DNA from: Phoronis australis
Taxonomy: Eukaryota; Animalia; Phoronida
Assembly: GCA_002633005.1 (NCBI GenBank)
Contig: NMRA01000004.1
Span: 52,353-116,352 of the forward strand
Direction: 5' to 3'
DNA: 64,000 bases
Below are positions 50,051 to 64,000 of the stretch, one piece after another. Under the pieces are notes generated by a model. It did no database searches. It saw only the letters and a list, made by a program, of their open reading frames with translations, and was not told the origin of the DNA. Every line of letters begins with the position of its first letter. The first letter of the stretch is position 1. A program made the translations under genes and the position numbers.

Positions 50051-50849
50051 CTGTCATGTCATTTTTAGCAAAAATAAGGTTCGTTGGTTATCCCAGACAT
50101 ATTTTACACTTAATTGTAATTTTTCGTAATTTACCCTCTACACCGGCAAGAATATCGCGCCAATTTGGCTCTGCGTTGAGTCACAGTGTGAGGATCTGTA
50201 CTACTTGTTTTCGGGCTGTTTTTCTAAAATTGTCGTCACCACTTCCCATCGACGAGTTTTCTACGACAAACTAGGTTGTTGGAGAAACCAATTACGTTGG
50301 ATTTAGAGATTCTTTAGTTTGTGTATTAATCTGAAAATGACTGGAGTCAGCGACCCATATCACATTGACAGTAGTGACGTGAGTAACGGAGACATTGTTC
50401 ACATAGCAGTGTTATGACAGATACGCACTATTCAGTGTTATGATTTTCTTGAAAAAAATATTGGTTAGCTCAGAAGCCACGAACAAGTCACCCATACGGT
50501 TGAGTACAATAACACTTCACTCACACTGATTCTAGCGAGAGTAATATTGTCCTGAGGATAAAAATAAGCGATTCGGCAGGTAAGATACCTTGTTTGAACT
50601 TGCAATGACTCAGCCTACCCAAAAACCTCAGAGGAAGCAAATTTCAGATGTTCCACAAATATGTCATTGAGGCCACATATCTAACTGGTGGCATCCACGC
50701 AGCCACACTTTTCGTGTTCTTATTCACTTTTTACGGGGCCGCTCACAGGGAAAATCCAATGATGAAATCGATTGTCTCTATTACCTGTATTTTTTGCGAA
50801 ATCGTAGAACTATTTATGTTAAAGAGGGTTACACGATGAATTTTAAACT

Positions 50850-51500
50850 GTCTCTCTTTCCCAGGGGTCCCCTTTCAGACGGGTGTCCAGGGGCAATTAC
50901 CCCTTTGGCTTCTGTAAATCTTGCACTGTCAACTATTCACGACAGGAAGAAGACAACATTCCAAATTTCATCGAAAAAACAGAAGAGATGTTTGTGCTAA
51001 GCACAATATCTGAGCATTCGACCCAAACAATCAAAAATGATTGTATGAAAAAATACGCCATCGAAAGGACGGAAATTTGAAGAATTTCGAGAGCCTATTT
51101 GTTAATTACACGAAAAGAATATTTCTGATTAGATGGTTTATAACGATAACATGTCAATACCTTTTCCTTGTATCTTAATAATAGTTTGTTTCGAAGAACG
51201 TTACAAGGACTTGTTTGTGAGAATCTCGCAAGAATTGAACTGACTGTAGGAGTGCAATTTTTTGCACATCATTTACAGAGTACTAGTGTCTGGCGCATTG
51301 AGCTGTTCAAAGTATTGTACATCTTCGGGATTCGAATCATGACCAAAGATTTCATCGATTTTTGGAATTCGAATTTAATTCACATAAACCGTAATAGTTA
51401 CCTCGGAATTAACCAAATACACGTTAACACGAATAATTTCGGTAAATTTCTCGGATGGGGTCAAACCCAAAAGAAGTTCGTGCTAAGTATAACAGTATCT
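50850..51500 (+). mobile_element. Possible integrase-core (IS3EU/IS481-like) transposase remnant
   Basis: RIE...IMTKDFIDFWNSNLIHINRNS resembles NQRIE...EL..F...WN.H.IR; otherwise heavily decayed. Confidence 0.3.
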
Positions 51501-54500
51501 GGACATTCGACAACCCCAGTTCCCCGTGCGTGCGTGAGCGCCTGCATGTATTTGCGAAATAATGCTTTTTTTCGCAAGTTTGTTTTACTGGTATGTCCTA
51601 CATATAGGCGCATGCGCCTAAGCTCATCATTAAAGAATTCACTGAAGTTAACCACTGAAGATGCTATGGACACTGTGTTATGAAAAAGTGAGTTTTAAAA
51701 TTTGTTTTTATAGGAACGAATACTGTCTGATGGTGTTCTTTGTAACATTTCTTGTTCCGACTATCGCTACTTAGCATGAACTCAAACCGTCAGTCATAAT
51801 ACTTGTTGCTAATGCGCAGCATGGGAACACAAATTCATTGCATATCGTATGTAAATCTCAAGACAGATTCCACTTTTGGCCAACGAGTTAAGACAAAACA
51901 ATGAATTAAAACGATGACTTCAACCACAAACTTTTTCATGTAAATGGATGGGTGCGTATTCAGGACCAAGAAGTAACGACTTGAGCAGACTGACGAGTTG
52001 TGCCATGTAGTCCATTGCAGCAGAAATTTTCTAGGCTCTATGCAACAAGGAGAACTGTTCGTGTTTTAGTGGCTCATTACTACCTCAACTGTTGGTGACA
52101 CAAGTATCACGAACTCGTGTATCTGCGCTGATAATCAAAATTTTTTCAATGGCATTGAAATTTTTAGATCACCGTCAAAACTCGCTTCTGTGTAATGCAA
52201 GTTGGTAACAGATTAAAATCTTGCGTTATTTGATCTCTTCAACGAAAACGCAACAACCTCAGTACCAGTAACTGTGTGAGACACTATGCCAGCAGAAAGA
52301 AATCATGTCTGTTACCGTGCCACCTAAATACGTTTGCAATCCCCCTAAAGGCAGTGAATGACGAACTGAAAAAATACCAAGTCTGGAAATAGAGAATCGT
52401 AGGCAAGAGCTTCGATAAATTGTTTTTATTAAGCATAGCGGATTATTATAACAAAGCACTTATTATGCAACCGCAAACCCTTCAGATCAAACATCACAGT
52501 GAGATAATAACACAAATTCAACCAATTCAGTGAGGTATAGTCAATCATCACAGATGTATGATTGAATGTTAACATCAGAAAGCGAGAACCTGGCGAAAAC
52601 GCAAGACCACGCAACAGTTCGCGAGCTATCGCCATGCGTTAAAAGCAAAGCACGTGATCACACTGACTTCCTTCGGGGGTTTCTTGCATCTACAGGATTC
52701 GACCTGCATTATCAGTACACTACCACAGTCCGATTTGTTTGTGATAACATATTGCTTTATTTTTATATTTGAGACTTTTATATATAGCCTTAAATACAAA
52801 ATCTGGTGCAGGGGCAAGACAGTAAAACCGATCGCCAGCCAACAAGCAAACTTGTAGTCATGAATAACCGACGGCGAACTTCGGCTGATTCAGTAGTCCA
52901 CTAACTGTACTGAGTAAAATCGTCTCATCTCGTTTCCCACTCATACAGTAATAGAAATGGTTCCAGTCTTGACTAGAAGGGCTAATACGCCCATGAACAA
53001 AGTTGGGTTTATAAAGGTCTGTGAACTGGATCGGACAAAATTCTGCAACATGAAAGTTCAAGTTTGTGAGTGGGCCCTACCCATAAGTTGGATTTCGCTA
53101 AAAGTGTACTCAAACAACTTCTCTTGGACCAGTTCGATCCAACCTTATGGCGTTATTGCTACAATTATCACTAATACAGGCATATCTACTATTGCTATAT
53201 AGGAGGATATCACAGATATTACATGTGAGAAAATGGAAATTCACAACCTTAACTGACTTAGAGGCATAACACAAAGCGCTGATATGCACCCCAATTTCTG
53301 ATGATGGCAATGTGCACCCACCAATGACTGTATACACCGGCACACCAAGGCAACAATATACTTCAGAACAATAACAACTAAGATATACCATTACAACTGG
53401 ACATTTCAAACCTACAAATATATACTGGCGTCAATAAAGTCAAATGTTTAAAAAATAAAAATTTATAGCACATTGGAAATGTGTTCATAGACCTGACTCA
53501 TTTCATTAAATAAACATCAATGTGAAACTTAACCAAAATGTCTCTGGACGACTATGGGCAATACAGCCACACAACGGAATGTAGACGTATTAGGCAGAAA
53601 CTTTTCTTCCAAACTTCTAATTTTAGATGTCACCACCCAAAACTTCCATGCTGCCACCCATTGACATACCGATATTCCCAAGAGAGCCTGACAGTGCGTT
53701 TGGAAGAGAAGCATGAGTGATCAATTTAAATCATTTGCTTTCAACAGTATCTTGGCTGTCCTCGACAGCACGTGCTGCCCTCTTCCATACACCATACAAA
53801 AACAACACTAATGACTGTTCTCCTACAACAAAATAATTAATATGCATGGAATCCATCATTCACCAATTTTGTTACTTCATTCCATTTACTCAACCAACAA
53901 CAGATTCAAGATCAAACAAGGTCTGAGCTAAATGTAACCAAAATGTAAGAAACCATTAACACAAGCAAACTTGAACAGGGCCAGGGGATGGACATAAGTA
54001 GCATTGAAAAAAATGTAGGACAAGTCCATAATCAATCTTTTGAATGAAATTATACAACAAAAACAGACCATCGCCCACCAAATAACGTCATGCGGTACTG
54101 ATGGGTAAAACTGGATCAAAGGACTAGTATACAGTACAAGATGAAAGTAATTTTAATTAAAAACATAATATCATTTGCCAGTAATGGAGACTAATTTTGT
54201 GAGCAGCGAAAAATTACTGGTAATAACTACTAGGGCGACAAAGAATGGCTTAGCCACCCCTCGTGTATTGCACAAGACAAAAGCAGTCTGACAAAATGCC
54301 ATATCTCTGTCATGACAGCTAATTCTGTTGACAGCAAACATGACTAACAACAATTATGGTGGCAAACTTCTAACTACATAATGACTTGGCCATCTTAATA
54401 ACTTTCCTGTGAATTCTCCTTCATTCTTTGTCGAGAGGGAAGACTACTGTGATGATGAAAAGGCTTCAATCCAGTTGTCACGGGAATGCTGGGTCACTTT

Positions 54501-55544
54501 GTCAGTCAGCTTGTACTGTACAAGCTTGTTTATGGCAGGAAAATGTAATCAAAGTTACAATACCTTTCCCACACCTTTTTAGAACTAATTACAAAGTCGT
54601 GTTTATTACATGACCAATGTAAAGCATTGAAATGCGCCCACGACTGCGCCACAAACGATAGTACAATGGGGCTGCTACGAGGCGCAGAATATGTCACCAT
54701 GTCCATTATAGAAAACTATTTGCAAAATTTCATGAAAGTCCACCCAGGAAATCCGAAAACACAGAGGCAAATGTAAAAAATAGAAATACGAATACGGGGC
54801 ACAGAGGTTCTCAGATTCATCCGAAAGAAGGGGTCATCTGTAGCCATGTTCCTGGGAATACATTTGCCACATTACACAATTTTTATTAAGATCCTTCAAG
54901 CAGTTTGGTAAATAGACAGGTGGATGCCAAAAACGGAACCAAAAAAATATTGAATATGGCCACTAAGTAGGGCAGGATATATATTGAGTTCATCTGAACG
55001 TGGCGAGGCGACATGCCATCATCTGTCGTCTGCTTCATAGAAACACATCTGCTACACTTCATTAAGAACCTGCAGACGGTTTAGGAGCAGTGGACGCCAG
55101 ATACCCAGACAGATGATGACAACAACATGCACCCAGATATATACGTGTGGGCCGATAATGAAAATGAAATGTTCATAATCTAATATTTAGGGCACAACTA
55201 TGCAATCAAACGGATAGAATAATTCTCTGTTGGTTGTAAATAGATGCTTAAATCATTCTATATCAGCTTCAAACCACATCAAAAATTTAAAAATAACTGC
55301 TATATATTGATAGCTAAAACACGACATTCACTTAGCATTATGATGGATTTCAATGTTATAGCAGATATTTCCATATTCTTGACATTACTAAAGCTAACAA
55401 CTGCTATAATGACACCTATTAGTAATTCAATTGTTCTGAACTCCTTCATATTGTAATTTACCCAATAGTCCAACAAATAAGTACAAAAATACTGCAATTA
55501 TCATCCCCCAACCAAACAATTTTTTCTACGTACAGACATGTGTG

Positions 55545-55786
55545 TCACATGTCTGTGGTGTCGTATGATTTGAACGACTTTGACGAGTCATTCGTCCGCT
55601 TTTGGTCTTCATCGCTCTCATTGTACAGCAGGATCTCATCACTAACAGCGGCTGTTACCGTGGGTGCATACTTGTACCAGGATGCTAAGGCCACGAAGAC
55701 GGCGAAGTTGACTACCATGAGGCCGGCTAGTACAAAGAAGAAATACTCTGCGCGACCATCATTGATATCATCTGGTAACCACTTGG
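55545..55786 (-). CDS. SLC15A4: SLC15A4-like copy B terminal exon 9
   Basis: KWLPDDINDGRAEYFFFVLAGLMVVNFAVFV...YDTTDM*. Confidence 0.9.
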
Positions 55787-58700
55787 CTGGAAGAGTGAGA
55801 AAGCTTATTACATGGTTTGCCATATACAGTAACAGTTGTTCCTGGTAAACGTTGCTGTGATTCCGGAGTCTGTTTCCACAAACAGGTCATTTAAGAATGA
55901 AAAGCCTCTGTTGAGGTATTTTTTACCAAGCAAATATATTATGTGCTGGGGAACATTTACCAGCTCAAACCCCAGAAATGTGTGTTTCTCACAAAAATGT
56001 TGGCAGAGCGGATATTTTCAATTGCCACTTGCATTGGGTCGAGCTAGGATTAGTGAACATGCTTCAAAATAAATTACTTTTACCTAAATTGGAAATAAGA
56101 TTGCCTAGTACAATAACAAGATATTTAATCCACAGTAAAAGCCGCAACTTACTTTACCATAATGATTACCATATCAAAACATACACAACACTAACACATG
56201 ATATTCAAAGCTTACGTTTAGTTGCACTATTGACAATGGCTACCAAGGCCGATCCAAGGTAAGAACCGAAACCAGTCGCAGACAAGAAGAGGCCCATCAT
56301 GACACCATTCAGCTCAGGCGGCGCTTGTGAGAAAGCAAACTCAAGACCTGAAGAGAAAACAAGACTGTGAATGCCTCGACTTTTTCAGTCGGTCTCCATG
56401 GTGACTCCTAGTCAGTCATGTATAGACATATTAGGCATAAACATTACAACATCAGTTAAAGTGCTTAAAATCACCAACTTCATATCAACAACGTACACCA
56501 ACATACAACCCCAATAGTCAATCAACTGTCAAATCAGCACACTCGCAAATACTATCCAAGGATAATTAGACGATCTCTAGTTATGAGCATTTATTGTCGA
56601 TACAAGGCTATCTAGTATCATGGACAACCAATCACAACATTAGTCATCCTTCAGTGTGTTCTGTGAGAAAAGTCGTGAGATACTACCGCTCATTTTCCCA
56701 TTGTTTATGGTGAAACAAAGTATAGAGAGGAGTTGTGTTTGTGATGGGTGTGACATTCAGTATTTGAGGAAACTGTGGCTCTTTTCACATCAGAGAAGCA
56801 CGGGTATAGCACAAATTTGTACAAAAAAACGTCCATGTTGGTGGACATGACACACTAACAGGTATGGTCATATGTCAAACTCATGTCTGTGGAGCACAGA
56901 AACTTTCAATGAAAGTCTTTTTTCGTCTGTTTTCTCATTTTTGGGATATTGAACTCATGATTGCGATATGCAGTGCTATAAAGGAAATTGAATTGAAGCA
57001 TGTGAGTTTAAAAACAAAGAAAATTCCTACAGACAAGTGACAATCATCATCCGTCTGTGACAACTGGGAGCTGATCAAATTTATGGCAGGTGATAACATA
57101 GACCAGCTAGAAGGCTGGGAATAAGTGTCGTGTAGCCTGCAAAAAGGAATCAGTGTTCCAGTCCTAACTGCGGAAAAAAGAGGGGTGTGAGATAAGATGG
57201 TTTCACATGCTCCCTTAAATATATGGTCACGACACACTAGCACTGGGTATGGTCATATGTCACACTCATGTCTCTGGAGCTAAGAAAGTTTCAATTAAAG
57301 CCGCTTTTTTCTATTTTCTTGTTTTTGGGATATCGAGTTCACGATTGTGATATGCAGTGCTATGTAGTCACTCATCAAAATAAGGTAAATGGTGGTTTTA
57401 AGTGCATTAACGTGATGAGTTTAGATTATCCAACATCAACTTTTAGGCCAATGAAAAGCTACTAATTGCTCAAGGTTGGAGCTTGTACCAAATTTTAGTA
57501 ACAGATGATATTGGCTGTCCCAAATTCAAGAATTATAATCAACCTCCTCAATGCTGCACACTATGGGGTTGCAGCATAGGCGGCTACTACAGTTTCACAC
57601 TCTCTAAGTTTTAATTGCAGTGCCCGGGATTTGAGAAATATTATGAAATGCTTAAATTCAGCCGTGTCCCACTCTTTAGAGTTATACAGAAAATTCAATC
57701 TTGGCTTGATTTTCAGTGTCCCAAATTTCAGGGACTGTCCCAAACTGGAGAAATCTTTTCTGCAAGTTATGCACAGCTCTGTTGAAAGTGGGCTCAACAA
57801 GGTTTAACTTTAACAAGAGTATCCCAAAACCGTGGAATCAATTTTGCCATTTGCCTGGTTGCAACTAATTTGCCAGTGCCTTACATACCGCACGTTACGG
57901 CAAGAAAACAATGGACGATCTGCCTACACTAGTTATGCCTTGCTGTTCTTTTTACTCAACAAAACCTACAGAAACTAACTACAGGTAAAACAGCCATTCA
58001 TTTACATTGTACATCATCAGTTGGCAAGGCAACATAGAAATGTCCATGGCTAAGCTCATTGAATCGGCAGCTAGGTCACCCAAGACTGTTTGTGGCTAAA
58101 ACCTTTGTTTTGCATATCACTGATATGATGAGCAAATGAATAAGTCATGTTTTGTTTTGTGTATCACTAACATGATCAGCAAAGTCATGTTTTGGTTTTT
58201 ATATCACTGATATGATAAGAAAATGAAGTCAATGTTTTGTTTTGTATATCACTGATATGATAAGCGAATGAATAAGTCATATTTTGTTTTGTAAATTACT
58301 GATATGATAAGCAAACAAATAAGTCCTGTTTAGATTAAATAACATCTCATTTAACCTCAACACCCTTAATAAACAGTCTCTCCAATAGGTGGCAGTAAGA
58401 TATAGCATCAGGTGACAGTCTGTACTACAATTGTCCCAAGCTCGCGGTAGTTAGGAAATAAACAGAATCAATAATACTGGCATCTTATTTACATAACATA
58501 ACACAAAAATACATACAATAAAATTGTCTACCGCTTCCTATCCTTAATACATCGCCAGGGACGACCCAGTACACGGCGATGGAAAGATAAAATAGACACA
58601 AATGAGATACCACACAAACAGAATGACTACATATTGTTAATTGCAAATGGGATGTCAGATTTAACAAAATATGTCTTAAAGAAAACCTGTTCTTAAAGAA

Positions 58701-61700
58701 AACCTGTTGCCAATTTTTTTGTGTTTGGGAAAAACATTGGTGAAAGTCAATGAAATTTCCAATATCTTACCTGTGATACTTGCAAACACTTCACTTGCGC
58801 CTATTAACATGAACTGGGGAATCTGTGCAAAAACTGTGATGTTAGAGGCATTATGGACAGTGTTGCCAATTTGCTGGGGGAATCCTCCATTGAAAGCGAT
58901 ATCATCTTTCCGGGCAATCTCTAAGACACCTCCCACAACCAAAGATGCAGCCGCCAAGATGTAACCAAAACCTGTAAATATTACAGCGGAATGTTACCTT
59001 TATGATGGCATTTTGATCAATTTCGTATATTACACTGATCACTTGACCACTTAATTAGTGGATTTCTATTAAAATGAATTTATTAAAAACATTATACTTC
59101 AAATGGAGAGTATGATTCAGTGAATACATAAGTTGGATTTGATTAGACAAATCATGGCATTACTTCATTACCTGACATTAGTGCTCAAATGAGACGGTAT
59201 AGAAAGCGAGACAGCAGATTTTACTTGGACTGGCTCTCATTTTCAGTCCTTGCTCATGATGACACACACTTTCAGTTTGAAGAATTGTTATTGCCGACAC
59301 GCTTTCAATTTTGAAGAATTGTTATTGCAGTCACACTTTCAATTTGAAGAATTGTTATTTTTATTACAGTATAATTCTTTTTAAAGAAAATATTCAAATG
59401 CAATCAATAGTATAAAAAATATGTTACGATGACTAAAATGCCTTCAAAAAGAGAATGTTACCTTAGATAACATCAAAATATTTATTCACAACCAACTAAC
59501 AAAACATTAAAACAATAGCTATGTACGTAAATGAAGATGTTTATCTCATCTTATCTTTGCACGGATATTGTGTAATTCTTGCGCGAATCAAGCGTCAATA
59601 TGCACATTTTTGAGCTTTCCTACTATGAACAACCACACAAATTAGCTTTATGATTAAAAAGAACAAATTGAAGAAAGTTATCTGATGACATATGACTCAC
59701 GATCCCTGTAGTTGAACTTGTGTGACTAACTATTTGAAGGTGAACAGCGTCAAGGGATTGTTAAGTTCATGTGACATCACAGTACACACAGGCCCGAGAT
59801 GCACCGCGATGACCAACAAACAGGGAGGCTATTCTTCATAAAAATTCAAAATTTCCGTTTTTGTATGACTAGCAAGTAGACTAAAAAGTGCCATTATGTG
59901 GAGTACAGCACGGTAAAACCAACAATGGAAAGTTGATGGTCACTTGGTAACAATCCAATGCCACGTGCATTTTGCGGTGTTTACCAAACACTTCAAGACA
60001 CTGCCCTCCAGTGGACAGATTTTCCAAAATTCATGGTGTCCATTACAAATGCTTTGGGGTCAGTGAAAACAGCCCAATAATACGGTTAATTACACTGTCT
60101 AACACAGAACCACACACAAGGTGTATTGTGAAAAGGAGGCTAATCATGCAATATTTTCTTTGGAAAGTACAGGAAGAAGATTGACAAAAACAAAACTGAT
60201 CATCTTATACTTTTATTTCAGACAACGTATTAAAATTGCGTCCAAGATGATGCACTGATAAACACATTCATATTCTTTAGCTTAATTGCATAAGACGATG
60301 CAGAGACAGCTTACAGTGGACACTGGTTGTGTATATGTTGGAGGCCAGTGAGAAGGTGAAATGATGTAAACAATCTAAAATTGTGGCAGCTGAACGCCAT
60401 ACTTGAGTGAAACCAATGGAATGTGTGACTTATGCTGGGCACACCTGTATGACAACCTAAATCTCCAGATACTGCCCTCTTATCACCATACCTATTTTTT
60501 GGAGAGGTGTTGGTCTCCGGTTAAACTTTTCCAGGAGTGGAAATACCACGATGTCCATGATGGGGACAAGGATTAGAATGATGACAGTATTGAAGAGGTT
60601 GAGGGACGCGGCGGGCATGGTGATTGAGCCGAGCTGGAGGTCCATCCTTTGCGCTTGCAGTAGGAATGTGCTTTGCATCTGTAACAATCCCAACATTTGG
60701 AATTTGAGTGTTGCAATTTTAAATCTTGAAATGAGGTAAAGATTCTTGAATTTCACACAAAATTAAAAAAATATGCAGTTTCCATCACTTGTCATAAATT
60801 GTAAGCAACACCTCTAAAATTTAATAAAAGCAATTCACATTGGGTTGTGTTTCGTCAAAAACATGACATTCGCAAGACAATGAATTACTACCATTAGGTT
60901 AACTGATGCTTCATTTTACAAACTTACTACAATGGTCCATCTTCTACTGTATCTAGAATATGTGTAATGCGCTTCTTCAAAACAATAACTTTGTGGGAAA
61001 TGTATCTTCAGCTGATACAAAATCAATGGAAATCCAAGCAAATGACAAATTGCAACATTCAGCCATACCCACATGCTTTTTCCATGGCACTTTATTCCAT
61101 GCATGAGATTCTCCATTATATGTTCATACCACAAGTGTGCACATCCATTATTCAAGTCAACAAGTGTGGCAACACGTAAAAATGCAAAATACACAACTAC
61201 TTTCATTTTACCCAAGTTGGGCAACTGAGCAAAACGGGATCACTAAAATGTCCTCTTACCTGGTTGTACAACGTCCAGTATAGAATAAATGTAAGAAAAA
61301 TAGGAATAACGCGTCCCACACTTTTGACGTTTTCCACCTCACTAGATTGATACGAGCCACCATGCGACTCCTTAGCACGGTCTAGGAATGACTGGTTTAC
61401 AAAATTGGTTGAATGACGCTTAGTTACACATCCTTCCCACACAATCTTGGCGCTTCTTGAAAGGACACTGCCTGAAATGAGGAGCCTTCAGTACTGATGG
61501 GATTCGGTTAACTAATAGCAGACCTGTGTACCACCAAAACTGCATTTGAGTATTTTGAAGACCATTATTACAGCGTTTTCAGTAGATTGGAAAGCATAAG
61601 CCAAGTTCGTCGCAACCACAAATGCTCCCCTACATGTCTGACATACTATCCACCTACGACTGAATTTTGAATCCAGGGACAGTGAATGGATATTAAGGAA

Positions 61701-62140
61701 AATGCTTTACTAGCAAGGATAACAGGACTACATGGGATTAGTTCATTTGATGGGTGAATATCAAGTTCAAGAAATATCACATTTTACCAGAAATAACTTG
61801 TAAGAAAAACTAAGATAAAAATGAAAACTCACAAAAGACTGCTAAAGTTAAACCCATCCTACACACAAACGACCACACTCAAATTTCAAACTGACTGCAA
61901 TATTGGGTATGTAGCGAAAACTGGGTAGAAAAATAACTCCAGCTTACCCATGGCAAGTACTAAAACATACCCTCTGGAGGTTGGTGCTTATATTTGCCAC
62001 GAGCCACTGTGAATGTGATGACCGCCAAAGTCATTGATACAGCTGGGATCAGGTAACCATAGAAATAGTTGACCTCCTGCTGGACGTAGGCCACCAGAGC
62101 AAAAGCTATGGCCGACCCAAGGTTGATAAACCAGTAGAAC
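55545..62140 (-). CDS. SLC15A4: SLC15A4-like POT-family transporter, copy B, exons 4-9 (5' exons beyond the window end)
   Basis: Exons 62140-61971, 61471-61260, 60678-60492, 58971-58771, 56347-56216 and 55786-55545. Introns are GT-AG and phases are consistent. Motifs [28 protein letters not shown] and INDGRAEYFFFVLAGL are present. Confidence 0.92.
56216..56347 (-). CDS. SLC15A4: SLC15A4-like copy B exon 8 (not in the ORF track)
   Basis: Manual translation gives [43 protein letters not shown]; CAG acceptor, GTAAG donor. Confidence 0.9.
56849..57362. repeat. Diverged ~130-bp intronic direct repeat
   Basis: GACACACTA..GGTATGGTCATATGTCA..GATATGCAGTGCTAT at ~56849-56979 and ~57231-57363. Confidence 0.8.
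58105..58330. repeat. ~45-bp minisatellite x5
   Basis: Unit approximately TTTTGTTTTGTATATCACTGATATGATAAGCAAATGAATAAGTCATG. Confidence 0.9.
58771..58971 (-). CDS. SLC15A4: SLC15A4-like copy B exon 7
   Basis: [29 protein letters not shown]; CAG acceptor, GTAAG donor. Confidence 0.9.
59262..59358. repeat. ~34-bp tandem repeat x3
   Basis: Unit approximately CACACTTTCAATTTGAAGAATTGTTATTGC. Confidence 0.9.
60492..60678 (-). CDS. SLC15A4: SLC15A4-like copy B exon 6
   Basis: MQSTFLLQAQRMDL..PLQKIG; 187 nt. Confidence 0.9.
61260..61471 (-). CDS. SLC15A4: SLC15A4-like copy B exon 5
   Basis: GSVLS..FLDRAKESHGGSY..YWTLYNQ; 212 nt. Confidence 0.9.
61971..62140 (-). CDS. SLC15A4: SLC15A4-like copy B exon 4
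   Basis: FYWFINLGSAIAF...QPPEG; 170 nt, same length as in copy A. Confidence 0.9.
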
Positions 62141-63214
62141 CTGACACAGGTGAGAGTAGAGATCAATGAGAATTATGCTTCACTCAGATATGCTGATGGC
62201 TGATCTGATATTGATGAATGAGTGAAAACTGAACATAACAGCAATTAAGTCATTCAGTAGTTTTCAAAGTGACGAAATAGCACATTAACCTCTAGACTTA
62301 AAAGTGCAACAGAAAAAAGGCAGATAATTGAGTGGCATACTGATATTCTGTACCACACATGTTGGATTGTTCCAAACATCCCAAGTATTTGCTTAGCCTC
62401 AAATTTCCCCTCAGAGGTGAACGATAGCAGCACAGTGTGCAGACTTCAAAATATGTGGCTTTAAACAGGAAAAAGATTGGCTCTATGACTGAAGTTTGCA
62501 CAAGCAAGTTATGCGACATTCAAACTAGAGAATGATTGGTCGAATGACTGTAGTTTGCCCATGTGCAAACAAGGTTCGCCTACATTGGGAGATTTGAGAG
62601 CACGAAAATACCTCAGGTGTTCTAGATAGTGTAAGATAAAATCAAGTGTGAAGTTTACCTAAGAGAAAGTAACAATAAGATAAACGCTGGTACATAAAAA
62701 TATCCGGCCAAAACACTTAAAACACTCTTAGTGTTTCTAATCATTATAAACAAAAGGCACATGCTACAAACATCCCCTTAAAACAAGATAAGGATTGATT
62801 TGGAGAAATCTTTTGAATTTGTCCAAGGTCATGTGGTCAGCCCCACTGGTTCTATCCACCTTTCATTCTCACTAGGGGGCTAGTCATCAAAGGAGTGACT
62901 CTATTCACTAGGTCAGTAGTTAAGGTAATTACTGTTTCTTATCAGTTCAAATCTAAATAGAAGGCTTGAAAGCATCCAGGGTCTACTTTTAAATTTTCTT
63001 TTTTCGGACATGAAAACTGATAGAAACCATAAAATCTGAATAGAAGAGTAAAAATTAGACTTAATGCGAGTTTCGGAGTATTCAAAATTGGTTGAGGAAC
63101 AGCGACTTTGTCAAGAAAATTCAAACCTTGAGCTATTTAGCTATTCATTGGAAAAAAAGTTCCATCATGGCTACTGCATCACTAATCACTAACTCAAGGT
63201 GGAAGCATGACATA

Positions 63215-63487
63215 CCGTAATCGTTCGGGTTAACGCCCTGGGCGGTTAAATTGGCGAATCCAAAAAATCAGGGGAGGGCGGTTAACCAAGCAGTGGGCGG
63301 TTAAATCGAAAATCCAGCTAAAGTAGGGGATGGGCAGTTAACCGAACATGGGCGCTTATTACGACAGACAACCGCCCTGGGCGGTTAATCTTACCTGGTG
63401 ATCTAAATCCCGACACGACAATCATACTCGGAACGCGTAGCCCTTTTCAAAGAGCTTTATCGTCACGTCGCCAAATGACAGTGAAAA
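63215..63487. mobile_element. Left part of a TA-inserted MITE, cut by N63488
   Basis: TA|CCGTAATCGTTCGGG followed by repeated GGGCGGTTAA modules; missing from the duplicate flank at ~63741. Confidence 0.7.
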
Positions 63488-64000
63488 NAGGCTTGAAAGC
63501 ATCCAGGGTCTACTTTTAAATTTTCTTTTTTCGGACATGAAAACTGATAGAAACCATAAAATCTGAATAGAAGAGTAAAAATTAGACTTAAAGCGAGTTT
63601 CGGAGTATTCAAAATTGGTTGAGGAACAGCGACTTTGTCAAGAAAATTCAAACCTTGAGCTATTTAGCTATTCATTGGAAAAAAAGTTCCATCATGGCTA
63701 CTGCATCACTAATCACTAACTCAAGGTGGAAGCATGACATACAATGTTGACGCCATCCGATGACTGAGACTGAATGGAGCATAATAACGCGAAACTGAAC
63801 ATACAAACTCTCTTCAAACCACAAAAAAATTTTTACTGTGGTAGCCATATTTGTTTCAGTGGATTAAGCATTCCCACAGACTTACATCGCTAGACTAAAT
63901 TTTATGCCATGTTCAGAAGTGGAGTAAACTTCATAACATAGTAAATTTAGTAGTAAATAGCCACATTTACATGGGAGACAGTTGACACAGACCAATTAAC

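Overview
This is eukaryotic, intron-containing DNA, most likely from an invertebrate animal draft assembly. It has single-N scaffold joins at 23032, 27413, 36241, 38147 and 63488. No rRNA, tRNA or CRISPR array was seen. Two tandem minus-strand SLC15A4-like (POT/PTR2) peptide/histidine transporter genes are present. Copy B (exons 4-9, 62140->55545) has an intact 3' end, and its 5' exons lie beyond the window. Copy A (46632->~29280) has an unbroken frame over exons 1-6 but is cut off in the middle of exon 7. The break lies about 15 bp from the stop codon of a convergent, intronless, frameshifted rhodopsin-class GPCR (28301-29265). Most of the rest is decayed transposons: an Academ-like element, a P-element transposase, an L1/Tx1 LINE split by a THAP+SWIM two-gene (ISL2EU/Kolobok-type) deletion derivative, RTE and RTEX/CR1-type LINEs, a possible Penelope end with a degenerate hammerhead-like motif, and many MITEs. 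Three apparent tandem duplications flank Ns and look like uncollapsed haplotypes; one of them exposes a presence/absence MITE polymorphism. I found no convincing wholly new system. The best leads are the SLC15/GPCR tail-to-tail junction and several unusual element architectures. Family assignments come from motif recall, not database searches.
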